From: Clostridia bacterium
GTDB lineage: Bacteria; Bacillota; Clostridia; TANB77; CAG-465
Assembly (NCBI GenBank): GCA_036653755.1
Contig: JAVVTJ010000002.1
Coordinates: 1 to 62,486 of the forward strand
Length of the DNA stretch: 62,486 nucleotides
Direction of reading: 5' to 3'
Part shown: positions 29,279-37,703 of the stretch, piece after piece
Numbering within the stretch: position 1 is the first letter of the stretch
How the letters are laid out: each line of letters begins with the position of its first letter
Notes under the pieces: model-generated
The model's database searches: none
Seen by the model: only the letters and a program-made list of their open reading frames with translations
Told to the model about the DNA's origin: nothing
Position numbers and translations under genes: made by a program

Positions 29279-29582
29279 ATATCTTCGCCTCTTTACTTAA
29301 ATATTTATTTATAAAGTATATCTGTCCTTTTCCAGTGACTTTTGTAGTAGTAGTTACTCTTACACTTTCATTTACTATTGTACTTACTTGTTTTCTTCCT
29401 AATGTATCCTCGACTTCAGTAATACTTAAGTCATCTAAATCTACCCTTTTTAATGTTTCGGTTATATTTGTTAAATTTAATATTTTACATATATCGTTAG
29501 TTACAAAATATATTTCATTTTCTTTATTAATTATTCTTATTTTTCCAAATTCTTTGTTTTCAAATATTTTTAAATTATTCAT
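29271..29582 (-). CDS. Bro-N-type antirepressor-like protein (short)
   Basis: LKIFENKEFGKIRII..EIYFVTNDICKILNL N-terminus. The C-terminus TKVTGKGQIYF resembles the end of KilAC/ANT domains, so the middle appears to be missing. Confidence 0.5.
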   Translation of the reverse strand: MNNLKIFENKEFGKIRIINKENEIYFVTNDICKILNLTNITETLKRVDLDDLSITEVEDTLGRKQVSTIVNESVRVTTTTKVTGKGQIYFINKYLSKEAKIYG

Positions 29583-29587
29583 TTTTT

Positions 29588-29620
29588 TATATCCTCCTCT
29601 TAACTTAATTTTTATCTATT
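29588..29620. repeat. ~33-bp leader repeat flanking antisense cassette A (partner 30061-30093)
   Basis: tatatcc(tcct/ccc)cttaactt(a/g)attttt(a/g)t(c/t)tatt. On the minus strand each copy is the RBS leader of an ORF. Confidence 0.6.
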
Positions 29621-29666
29621 ATTATGTTTATTTTTAAATTACTAATTATTTATCATCTTATTTTAA

Positions 29667-29695
29667 TTGAAATATTTATAAATTTATGTTATAAT
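29667..29695 (+). promoter_or_regulatory. Rightward (antisense) promoter A
   Basis: TTGAAA, 17-nt spacer, TATAAT with TGT extension. Part of a ~58-bp block (29664-29721) repeated at 31281-31339. Confidence 0.6.
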
Positions 29696-29718
29696 CATCT
29701 AAAAGTGAGGTGATATTT

Positions 29719-29955
29719 ATGCTTGAAGCTGGATTTAGTTTTGAATGTTGTCAATGTGGGCATTCAGAACATGAATTAGGTTCTGAATACTGCGAATATT
29801 GCGGTTTAAAATTATCAAACTATTGTAGTAATGCAAAATGTGTTAAAAATTATGGTGCTGATGAACCAATGCAACTCTCTCAAGACGCTCGCTATTGTAA
29901 TATTTGTGGCGAAAAATCTACTCATTATGAACATTTAATTGAAAATGCTCTTTAA
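29719..29955 (+). CDS. Double zinc-ribbon small protein
   Basis: Start ATG 29719 behind GTGAGGTGA. CQCG..CEYCG..C..C..CNICG. ORF track 29710-29955. Confidence 0.5.
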   Translation: MLEAGFSFECCQCGHSEHELGSEYCEYCGLKLSNYCSNAKCVKNYGADEPMQLSQDARYCNICGEKSTHYEHLIENAL

Positions 29956-30058
29956 TATGTTTACCACAATATTTACAATAATTACCTGAATCATATTTAC
30001 CTGTATTCTCACAATACGGACAAGTAAATATGATTTTTTCTTTTTTATTATTTTCCAT
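29918..30058 (-). CDS. 46-aa zinc-ribbon protein
   Basis: Not in the ORF track. ATG 30058 behind GGGGGGA. CPYC..CKYCG. The 3' end overlaps the plus-strand ORF by 38 nt. Confidence 0.4.
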   Translation of the reverse strand: MENNKKEKIIFTCPYCENTGKYDSGNYCKYCGKHIKEHFQLNVHNE

Positions 30059-30150
30059 AATATATCCCCCCTTAACTTGATTTTTGTTTATTTATCTGAT
30101 ATAATAGTAATATAATATTTTGATAAATTTATTATTTAGAAACGTTATTT

Positions 30151-30378
30151 TTAAACGGTAGACGTTTCTATTTTTATGTCTGTTTTTAAATCTTCAATCA
30201 ACTCTGATGCTGTATTTAATAAATCTGTTAAACTGCCTTGAGTTGCCTCTTTATTTTGCATACAATTTAATACAAAAGCATTCCAACCTAATGTATGTAT
30301 CTGTTCTATTTTTTCTAATATGCTTATTTGAATATCAGTCACTTGCTCTTGTGTAAATACCTTCTCCATATTTTTCAC
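30151..30378 (-). CDS. Hypothetical early protein
   Basis: 75-aa ORF overlapping the upstream stop by 4 nt. Confidence 0.3.
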   Translation of the reverse strand: MKNMEKVFTQEQVTDIQISILEKIEQIHTLGWNAFVLNCMQNKEATQGSLTDLLNTASELIEDLKTDIKIETSTV

Positions 30379-30662
30379 TTCCTCTCTAAAATATTATTTT
30401 CTTTTAACACTAAATACATAGTACTTGCAATGCTGTGTACCTTTTGCTCATCATCGTTTAAATCGCTATATCCCAGTTTCTCTAATATTCCATGTAAAAT
30501 TTCATGTAATAAAACTTCATTTTTTAAATCTTGTGAAATATTTTTATCTAATTTAATTGTTTGATCACAATAATCTATCTCGCCCAATAATCTTTTAAAT
30601 TTATCTATTTGTTCAACTTCTTGAATTTCATATTCTGTTGCCATTATTTTAATTTTTTCCAT
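30375..30662 (-). CDS. Mini HExxH (zincin-like) protein
   Basis: 95 aa with LLHEILHGILE. Confidence 0.4.
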   Translation of the reverse strand: MEKIKIMATEYEIQEVEQIDKFKRLLGEIDYCDQTIKLDKNISQDLKNEVLLHEILHGILEKLGYSDLNDDEQKVHSIASTMYLVLKENNILERK

Positions 30663-30668
30663 TTTTAT

Positions 30669-30953
30669 TCATCTCCTCACTTTCAATACCTGTCCTACTT
30701 CTAAACTGCTACTTTTTAAATTGTTTTCTTTTTTAATCTCAAAAATTGCCTCATTTAAATACGTGTCTGTATAATACTTATTAGCTATCTTTGTTAAGTT
30801 ATCTCCTTGTTGTACAGTATAAGTCCTGTAGCTTGTTTCTATTGGCTTGTCCTGTTTACTTGCAATATTTATCAAACTACATATTGCAATTATTAAAAGC
30901 AATAATACGAAGCATACTAGACTTACTATTTCACTATATCTTTTGTTTCTCAT
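30669..30953 (-). CDS. Membrane-anchored LysM protein
   Basis: N-terminal TM plus LysM (YTVQQGDNLTKIANKYY..LEVGQVLKV). Confidence 0.6.
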   Translation of the reverse strand: MRNKRYSEIVSLVCFVLLLLIIAICSLINIASKQDKPIETSYRTYTVQQGDNLTKIANKYYTDTYLNEAIFEIKKENNLKSSSLEVGQVLKVRR

Positions 30954-31252
30954 TTAACCACCTCTTTTATAAATAAACTATTTACTTTGCTTTTAATTGC
31001 ATTTTCTAAAATATCTCTTAACATTTCATTATCAATTTGCAAATTTTCTATTTTTCTGTTTTGCAACCAACACATAAGCGAATGTTTTTCTATTAAATTT
31101 GTATTAGGTATTTTAGGGAAGTCTGCTCTATGAAACCAAGCGTCTACTGTACTTCTTCCAAAACCGAATTTCATTACTTCTTTTATACCAAGTGTTAAGG
31201 ATACATCTTCCCAATTTTTAAATTGACATTCAGGTAATTTCATTTTTATCAC
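30950..31252 (-). CDS. Hypothetical DNA-binding-like early protein
   Basis: 100 aa. GIKEVMKFGFGRSTVDAWF looks HTH-like. Confidence 0.3.
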   Translation of the reverse strand: MIKMKLPECQFKNWEDVSLTLGIKEVMKFGFGRSTVDAWFHRADFPKIPNTNLIEKHSLMCWLQNRKIENLQIDNEMLRDILENAIKSKVNSLFIKEVVK

Positions 31253-31254
31253 TT

Positions 31255-31282
31255 CCTTTCATATACATTTTGATAATTCTTT
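31255..31282. repeat. 28-bp leader repeat flanking antisense cassette B (partner 31633-31660)
   Basis: cctttcatatacattttgataattcttt is identical at both sites. Confidence 0.8.
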
Positions 31283-31283
31283 A

Positions 31284-31312
31284 TTGAAATATTTGTAAAA
31301 TTATGTTATAAT
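31284..31312 (+). promoter_or_regulatory. Rightward (antisense) promoter B
   Basis: TTGAAA (31284-31289), 17-nt spacer, TATAAT (31307-31312) with TGT extension. Paralogue of promoter A. Confidence 0.6.
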
Positions 31313-31336
31313 TACCTCAAAAGTGAGGTGATTATT

Positions 31337-31513
31337 ATGTCAATCTGTCCTTTTATGTCTAAGCCTGATAATATACATTCAAATATAAACACTTTATGTC
31401 CTTGTATAAATTCCTGCGAACTTTACACAGGTAACGAATGTTCTTTTAAACTTATAGCAAAATCAGAATATCAATTAGCAAAACTTCTTTCTAAAGACAA
31501 TAAAAATAATTAA
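31337..31513 (+). CDS. Cys-rich small protein
   Basis: Start ATG 31337 behind GTGAGGTGA. MSICPF..LCPCINSC..C. ORF track 31328-31513. Confidence 0.45.
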   Translation: MSICPFMSKPDNIHSNINTLCPCINSCELYTGNECSFKLIAKSEYQLAKLLSKDNKNN

Positions 31514-31622
31514 TCATTTTTATAATATCAAGTGTCCTATCACTTGGTATTTTATTTTTTGCTTTACATTTTTCTAATTCATTTTTTACTATTGTTTCTA
31601 AACTCTTAATTATATCTTCCAT
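31491..31622 (-). CDS. 43-aa hypothetical protein
   Basis: Not in the ORF track. ATG 31622 behind AAAGGTGGTGA. The 3' end overlaps the plus-strand ORF by 23 nt. Confidence 0.35.
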   Translation of the reverse strand: MEDIIKSLETIVKNELEKCKAKNKIPSDRTLDIIKMINYFYCL

Positions 31623-31729
31623 TTTGTCACCACCTTTCATATACATTTTGATAATTCTTTTACTGCTTTTTCTAAATATGCTTTTCTTTACAGTTTTTAT
31701 AATTTATAAATATTCTAACTACATTAGAA

Positions 31730-31951
31730 TTATGTTTTAAAAAAAATAGATGTTTTTTCTTTAATTATTGAACATATATCTATTATTTCATCTGCTGTAA
31801 TAGGAATTTTTCCAGTTTCTTTTTTTGCATAAGTACTGGGAGATATCTTTCTTTTATATTGTTCTTTTAATATTTTAGACATATCATTAATTGATATATT
31901 CATTTTTTTTCTTTTAATTCTTACTTCAATATATTTTACTTCACTTTTCAT
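31730..31951 (-). CDS. Cro-like HTH regulator (first gene of the leftward early operon)
   Basis: 73 aa, HTH-like MSKILKEQYKRKISPSTYAKKETG, RBS AAGAGGTG, divergent from the XRE repressor. Confidence 0.5.
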   Translation of the reverse strand: MKSEVKYIEVRIKRKKMNISINDMSKILKEQYKRKISPSTYAKKETGKIPITADEIIDICSIIKEKTSIFFKT

Positions 31952-31970
31952 TTTTTTACACCTCTTTTCT

Positions 31971-32078
31971 ATTGATATTACAATTATATACTATTATTTT
32001 TGTAATGTCAATAGATTTTATTAATTTTTTTTTACATTTTTCTAATTGTAATACAATTATGTAAATTGTATTGACAAT
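31971..32078. promoter_or_regulatory. Four operator-like ATTG-N5/6-CAAT sites
   Basis: ATTGTAATATCAAT (minus strand, 31984-31971), TTTGTAATGTCAAT (31999-32012), ATTGTAATACAAT (32045-32057), ATTGTATTGACAAT (32065-32078). Sites 2 and 4 overlap the two -35 boxes. Confidence 0.5.
31983..32011 (-). promoter_or_regulatory. Leftward early promoter (perfect consensus)
   Basis: On the minus strand: TTGACA (32011-32006), 17-nt spacer, TATAAT (31988-31983). Confidence 0.65.
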
Positions 32079-32099
32079 ATAACTTGATAGTGATATAAT
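32071..32099 (+). promoter_or_regulatory. Rightward lysogeny promoter (perfect consensus)
   Basis: TTGACA (32071-32076), 17-nt spacer, TATAAT (32094-32099). Confidence 0.65.
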
Positions 32100-32130
32100 T
32101 ATCACATCAATAAAATTTTGGAGGATTTTT

Positions 32131-32472
32131 ATGACTTGTGGAGAAAAAATAAAATATTTAAGAAAAAAGTCTGATTTAACACAAACAGAACTAGCAAAAA
32201 AAGTAGGACTTCAATTTGGATCTATATCTAAATATGAAAAAGATGAAGTATCTATACCAGCTGACAATCTATCTAAAATAGCTGATATTTTTAATGTATC
32301 CACTGATTATCTTCTAGGTCGTACTGATAAACGTGAAAAAGACATTCTTGACCAGCCTTTACAAATTGCTGCATCTATGAAAGATAAAACAGCTGATTTG
32401 TCTAATTTATCAGAGGGTGATAAAGAAGTAGTTAGGCAAATGATAAGAAGTCTTAATGAAAAAAGAAAGTAG
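32131..32472 (+). CDS. XRE-family repressor (CI/ImmR-like)
   Basis: HTH_3 pattern IKYLRKKSDLTQTELAKKVGLQFGSISKYEKDE.. and STDYLLGR. Confidence 0.8.
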   Translation: MTCGEKIKYLRKKSDLTQTELAKKVGLQFGSISKYEKDEVSIPADNLSKIADIFNVSTDYLLGRTDKREKDILDQPLQIAASMKDKTADLSNLSEGDKEVVRQMIRSLNEKRK

Positions 32473-32480
32473 GCGGTTTT

Positions 32481-32894
32481 TTGTATATAGTTATTTTTGC
32501 AATAATTATTATTTGTTTATTTATATTCATAATTCTAAAAGGATATTTCAGTAATTGGAAAAGAACAGTCGATGCAGTATTATGCATATTAATTATTATT
32601 AGAGATAATAATAATAATAATAATATAGACCTTTTAACATATGATATTTTTTGCGAAGTGTTGGATAAAAAGTATAATGCTCTATTTACTGATAGAAAAG
32701 ATATTGTTAAAAATGAATATCTTTTAAATAATGAAAATAATGTTCCTTTACAATTGAATTATCTAATACTTTTATGCTTATTAATAGAAAACAACACAAT
32801 AATTCAAAAATATACAAACAACGAAATTAAATCTATAGATATATTTAATCTACTTAAATTAATAGATAAATATTTGTTAATAAAAGTACAATAA
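32481..32894 (+). CDS. Hypothetical membrane-anchored protein
   Basis: TTG start 9 nt after the repressor stop. N-terminal TM. An N6 run is encoded by an (ATA)n microsatellite near 32603-32625. Confidence 0.4.
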   Translation: MYIVIFAIIIICLFIFIILKGYFSNWKRTVDAVLCILIIIRDNNNNNNIDLLTYDIFCEVLDKKYNALFTDRKDIVKNEYLLNNENNVPLQLNYLILLCLLIENNTIIQKYTNNEIKSIDIFNLLKLIDKYLLIKVQ

Positions 32895-32966
32895 TTTTTG
32901 TATATCGGCAAAGTTCGACAAAATATTCTATAATTATATATTATACTTTAAAAAAGGAGTGATTTT

Positions 32967-33968
32967 ATGGACAAACATTTACCATTAAATTGGTTTAATT
33001 TTTATGTTTATTTTAGATTTCCTCTTGGCATAATATCTATATTAATATCTCTTGTATTTATTTGCACTAATTCAATATTATTTAGTATCAATACTGTTTT
33101 TTTAAATTTAATTTACTTATTAGTTATTTCTTTAACATATACATTAATGTTTAGAAAATCTATTAAGGGTTATTATTTTAATATTGCATTTTTACTAATA
33201 GAAACATTATATATTGTTTTAAATATAAATGTAAATATTTCTGAATATTTTTCTATGTTTTTTATATTCTTTATGATTTGGTTTTTACCAAATTATATTT
33301 ATTTTAAAAAAAGATTATATTTATTTTGTAATAATTCTAAAAATAATGAAAATCTCGAAGAAATAATTGACAAAAAGCATATAAATACTTCAGATACTGT
33401 ATATCCTCTGAAAATTGTTATACCATATATGATAATTTTTGCTATTCTTTTAATTGGTGGACTATTATTTTACTTTATTATAAATGAAAAAGATACAAAA
33501 ATATCAAATATTGAATCTAACATAGTACAACTAGAAAATAGTTTGAAAAATATAAAAATAGATAAACAAAATTTAAATAATGAACTATCTATTTTGTTTT
33601 AAAAAAACATTAATTATCAAAATGATTCTGATTTTTTAAAACAAAATATTGCCATATTACCTTGTAATAGTAATATTTTTCATAAATATGGTTCTAGTTG
33701 TTTAAATAATGTAAAAAGTTTTTATGCATATAATAATGAAACTGCTAAAGCAAAAGGATACGTAGCTTGTTCAATATGCTATTCCTCTAAATCAAAATTA
33801 GAGTTAGAATTACCTACTCAAACTGATATATCGTACACTGTATATATTACTAAAACTGGTACAAAATATCACAAAAATGGTTGTAGTTATTTAAAAAGTA
33901 AAATACCAATTGATAAAGAAGAGGCTATCGAAAAAGGGTATTCTTCTTGTAGTAGATGTAATCCATAA
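32967..33968 (+). pseudogene. Polytopic membrane / coiled-coil / double Cys-His motif protein interrupted by an in-frame TAA
   Basis: ORF 32967-33602 ends at TAA 33600-33602. The same frame stays open for 122 more codons with no ATG/GTG/TTG and encodes two (F/Y)H-K-x-G-x-x-C...GY..C..C motifs. Confidence 0.6.
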
Positions 33969-34026
33969 ACAAAAGATAAAGCACTATTTAATTATAGTGC
34001 TAAATTATAAAAGTTTAATCAAACAT

Positions 34027-34479
34027 ATGTTTAGTAAAGAAGAGAATTGTATGTTAGATAAATTATATGAGATAGCAGAAAAAGAAAATATTAATATTTT
34101 TAGAGTCAAATTAGATGAACCTGAAGCTTTATATATGACTGATGGAGTCAATAGTGTTATAACTATTGATTCTAAAATAAAGGATGACTTAAATTTGGAG
34201 CGAATATTAAAACATGAACTTTCACATCATTCGGTTGGAGTATTTCCTACCAATATTTATTCACATGAATATTGTACTAGACTGTGCCACTCTAAAAACG
34301 AATTTAGAGCTGAAAAATGGTTAATTAATAAACTTATGCCATATAATGTGTTAAAGTCTTTAATTAAGCCAGATACATTTAAATATGAGGTAGCTGAAGA
34401 ATTAGAAGTAACTGAGGACTTTATTGAAAAAGCATATAATTTGTATAGAGATAAATTGAAAGGAGATTTTTATGTCTAA
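34027..34479 (+). CDS. ImmA/IrrE-family metallopeptidase
   Basis: LKHELSHH zincin motif in the usual ImmA context. Start moved to ATG 34027 because 33910-33968 belongs to the upstream frame. Overlaps int by 8 nt. Confidence 0.7.
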   Translation: MFSKEENCMLDKLYEIAEKENINIFRVKLDEPEALYMTDGVNSVITIDSKIKDDLNLERILKHELSHHSVGVFPTNIYSHEYCTRLCHSKNEFRAEKWLINKLMPYNVLKSLIKPDTFKYEVAEELEVTEDFIEKAYNLYRDKLKGDFYV

Positions 34480-35668
34480 AAAAAGAGGAAATGGTGAGGG
34501 GTCTATTTATTATTCCGAAACTTTAAAAAGATGGGTAGGACAATTTACAGCAGGAAGAAAAACAGATGGGACTATAAATAGAAAATCCGTGTATGGTAAA
34601 ACACGAAAAGAAGTAGCTGAAAAGATAAACAAATCAAATGTAGATATCAAAGAAGAGAAATTCGTGGATAAAAATGATATAACAATAGTTTATATATTAA
34701 AAGAAATTATTAACAATAAATATAATTTAAACAAAATATCTGATAGGACTTACATACGTTCTATGGAGACTGTAAAAATAATTGAAAAAAGTGATTTAAA
34801 TTTAATTCCAATACAAAAAATTACTGAGTATAATTTAACCAATTTTTTAGCGACATTAACTAATTATTCAAACTCAATTATAGATAAAGTATATTCATAT
34901 TTAGTACTGGCTTATAACAAAGCTTCGGTTTCGCAATTATTATATAACAATTTATTTTCAGATAAAAACTTAATCTTAAAACCAAAATCGTTGAAAAAGG
35001 ATAAGAATATAACTGCCTTAACAATTGAAGAACAGAAATTATTCTTAAATGAAGTTAAAAAATCTGAACATAAAAATGTATTCTTATTAGCTATTTACAC
35101 AGGAATGCGAATCGGAGAGATTTTAGCTTTACAAAAAAATGATATTGATTTAAAGAATAACCTAGTTCATATAAGTAGGACTTTAACAAAAGATAAACAA
35201 GATAAAGTTATAATAGGAGATACCACTAAAACATATGCAGGTATAAGAGATATTCCTATAAGAATTATAGTTAAAGACGTATTAAATGATGTTTTAGACA
35301 ATTATACAGACAATCAGTATAATTTACTATTTATAACAAAAAATAGTGATATTTGCACCCCTTGTTCTTTCAATAGTATTTTTAAAGAAATATGTAAAAA
35401 CGCACATATTAGAGAATCTATTTATCCATTAAAAAGAAAAGATAAAATAATTAATCTTAAAACTAGTAACGTTAATACACATATGCTAAGACATACATAT
35501 GCTACAAGATGTATTGAAGCAGGAATAAGTCCTGTTGTATTACAAAAGCTATTGGGACATAAAGACATTTCAACTACTTTAAATACCTACACATCTGTTT
35601 TCAATGAATTTAAAATTGATGAATTAAATAAAGTAGATTTATATATGAACAAAATCGGGTTGCATTAA
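34472..35668 (+). CDS. int: Tyrosine integrase
   Basis: GMRIGEILAL (Arg box), HMLRHTYATRCIEAG..LLGH..ISTTLNTYTSV catalytic region. Confidence 0.9.
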   Translation: MSKKRGNGEGSIYYSETLKRWVGQFTAGRKTDGTINRKSVYGKTRKEVAEKINKSNVDIKEEKFVDKNDITIVYILKEIINNKYNLNKISDRTYIRSMETVKIIEKSDLNLIPIQKITEYNLTNFLATLTNYSNSIIDKVYSYLVLAYNKASVSQLLYNNLFSDKNLILKPKSLKKDKNITALTIEEQKLFLNEVKKSEHKNVFLLAIYTGMRIGEILALQKNDIDLKNNLVHISRTLTKDKQDKVIIGDTTKTYAGIRDIPIRIIVKDVLNDVLDNYTDNQYNLLFITKNSDICTPCSFNSIFKEICKNAHIRESIYPLKRKDKIINLKTSNVNTHMLRHTYATRCIEAGISPVVLQKLLGHKDISTTLNTYTSVFNEFKIDELNKVDLYMNKIGLH

Positions 35669-35680
35669 AATTGCATTAAA
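35660..35680 (+). repeat. TTGCATTAAA x2 (candidate arm-type sites, P' arm)
   Basis: Copies at 35660-35669 (overlaps the int stop codon) and 35671-35680. Confidence 0.5.
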
Positions 35681-35728
35681 AATTTGTTAAAACATTGTAT
35701 TATAGCTATTATAATGGCTTATAATTTG

Positions 35729-35752
35729 TTCTTGGACACCATATAATAAGTA
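35729..35752 (+). repeat. attR core
   Basis: Identical 24-mer to 145-168. Confidence 0.9.
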
Positions 35753-35800
35753 GTGATAGATATTAATAAATCAATATCTATCACTACTTTTACTGTTTTT
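35749..35800 (+). terminator. Displaced native tRNA terminator
   Basis: 16-bp stem AGTAGTGATAGATATT / AATATCTATCACTACT followed by a T-rich tract. Confidence 0.6.
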
Positions 35801-36271
35801 TGTACTGTAATAGTACTACAATTAATAAAATTATATATTATAAAACCACATATATATTATTTAATAAATAAAAAATATCTTTCTAAATACATAGAAAGAT
35901 ATAGTACTCTAATGCATTTTTCAATACACGTTAGAATTATATCGCTTAATTATATAAAGTAAATAGTTTCGACAAAACTCGACAATATATTTTGCTAATT
36001 ATAAGTGTTTTTTTAATTTAATATAAAAATATAAGCAAATTTGCGATAAAGAAAATTATACTAAAATATCCTTTTTTAAAAAAAGCATGAAGCGTAAGAA
36101 TTTAAAATTAAATTAAAAACTAAAAACATTGGTATAAGTAAATTTATTAAATCAGTATTTACTTAAACATATTAATAACATCTATATTCCTTTTTAAAGT
36201 TTTTATATTTCAAATTAGCAGTTTTTTACTTATCTATATTTTTAAACACCAAAATAGAAGTATTTTTTAGA

Positions 36272-36318
36272 TAAAAAAATACCATTTAAGTCATTAAAAC
36301 TTAAATGGTATTTTTATA
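36272..36318 (-). terminator. rpsO terminator
   Basis: ATACCATTTAAG / CTTAAATGGTAT stem flanked by A7 and T5 runs. Confidence 0.65.
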
Positions 36319-36331
36319 TTTTAAAATTTAA

Positions 36332-36595
36332 TTATTTTCTTATTCCAAGTTTTGAAATAAGATCTCTATATCTAGTAACATCTTCATTCTCTAAATAATT
36401 TAAAAGTCTTTTTCTTTTACCTACCATAATAAGAAGTCCACGTCTTGAATGATTATCTTTATTATGAATTTTAAGATGTTCAGTAAGTTCATTTATTCTT
36501 TGAGTAAGTAAAGCTACTTGTACTTCAGTAGAACCTGTATCTTTTTCAGCTCTTGCATAAGTACTTAGTATTTCTGATTTTGTTTCCTTTGTCAT
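36332..36595 (-). CDS. rpsO: 30S ribosomal protein S15
   Basis: 87 aa. [42 protein letters not shown]. Confidence 0.95.
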   Translation of the reverse strand: MTKETKSEILSTYARAEKDTGSTEVQVALLTQRINELTEHLKIHNKDNHSRRGLLIMVGKRKRLLNYLENEDVTRYRDLISKLGIRK

Positions 36596-36701
36596 TATAA
36601 TTCCTCCTTCTTTACTAATTCCTATAAACTAAGAAATAATACGAGGAGTATTAAATCTGAGTAAAAGGTATATATATAACATAACTTAATATGATTATAT
36701 T

Positions 36702-37703
36702 TTATCTTCCTGATATATATGGAGATGGATTTATAGCTTTTCCATTAATTCTAAGTTCAAAATGAACATGATTTCCTGTTGAATTTCCTGTTGAACCTTC
36801 TTTTGCTATTGTCTGCCCCATTTCTACACTGTCACCAGCTTTAACTAATAATCTACTACAATGTGCATACCAAGAAGATATACCATTGCCATGATCAACT
36901 TTTAGCATATATCCGTATTCTCCACCCCAACCCGAAAATGTTACAAGTCCAGTTTTATATGCATATATTGGATCTCCATAATGTCCTGCAATATCCATAC
37001 CAGTATGAAGACTTGCTCCCCTATAGCCAAACGGAGAAGAAACATATCTTGCAGTTGTAGGCCATATTCCACCTTGTGCTGCTGCAATATTAGCAGTTGT
37101 ATTAGAAACAGTTGTATTAACATAGCTATTAGATTTAAGAACTACCGGTTTTCTAATTACTGGTTTATTTCTGCTAACAACATCTTTAAATATATTATCT
37201 GCTACTTCTATTGAAGTGATTTCACCTAAATCAGAAACTTTTTCAACTGATATATCAGATTTAACTTTTGGAACTTCTTTTTTAAAATTCGTAACATATC
37301 TATTTGCTTCGTCTTGATTATTAAATGTCATCTTTTTTTCATTATTTATTGCTACATTATATATTGTGTATTCTGTTTTTATTTCAGCTCTTAAGCTTGT
37401 ATATACATTTTGAGATGTTATAAGTTTATCTCTTATATAGCAAGTATTAAATGTTGGTTCACTTTCTAAGAATACCTTTACGTTAGGATCTATTTGTACT
37501 TTTTCTGAAACTAAAGTATTATATACATCTTCAAATTCTTCTTCACTAGAAAAATATCCTATAAATTTATCATTTAATGATACTTTAAGTGTTGGTTTAT
37601 ACATATTCAAAACTGTAACTAATACAGCTGAAAACATAAGAACTAATAAGAATGTTGTGGATAATATAAACTTTAGGTTACTGAGCACACCCTTTTTTTC
37701 CAT
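36702..37703 (-). CDS. M23-family peptidoglycan endopeptidase (membrane-anchored)
   Basis: HTGMDIAG..GDPIYA...GNHVHFELRINGKAINP. Confidence 0.85.
   Translation of the reverse strand: MEKKGVLSNLKFILSTTFLLVLMFSAVLVTVLNMYKPTLKVSLNDKFIGYFSSEEEFEDVYNTLVSEKVQIDPNVKVFLESEPTFNTCYIRDKLITSQNVYTSLRAEIKTEYTIYNVAINNEKKMTFNNQDEANRYVTNFKKEVPKVKSDISVEKVSDLGEITSIEVADNIFKDVVSRNKPVIRKPVVLKSNSYVNTTVSNTTANIAAAQGGIWPTTARYVSSPFGYRGASLHTGMDIAGHYGDPIYAYKTGLVTFSGWGGEYGYMLKVDHGNGISSWYAHCSRLLVKAGDSVEMGQTIAKEGSTGNSTGNHVHFELRINGKAINPSPYISGR

Noticed and set aside
35753-35962. 69-aa plus-strand ORF just right of attR.
   Set aside because: It starts inside the displaced tRNA terminator hairpin, has no RBS and is hydrophobic and low-complexity. 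It is most likely non-coding host spacer.
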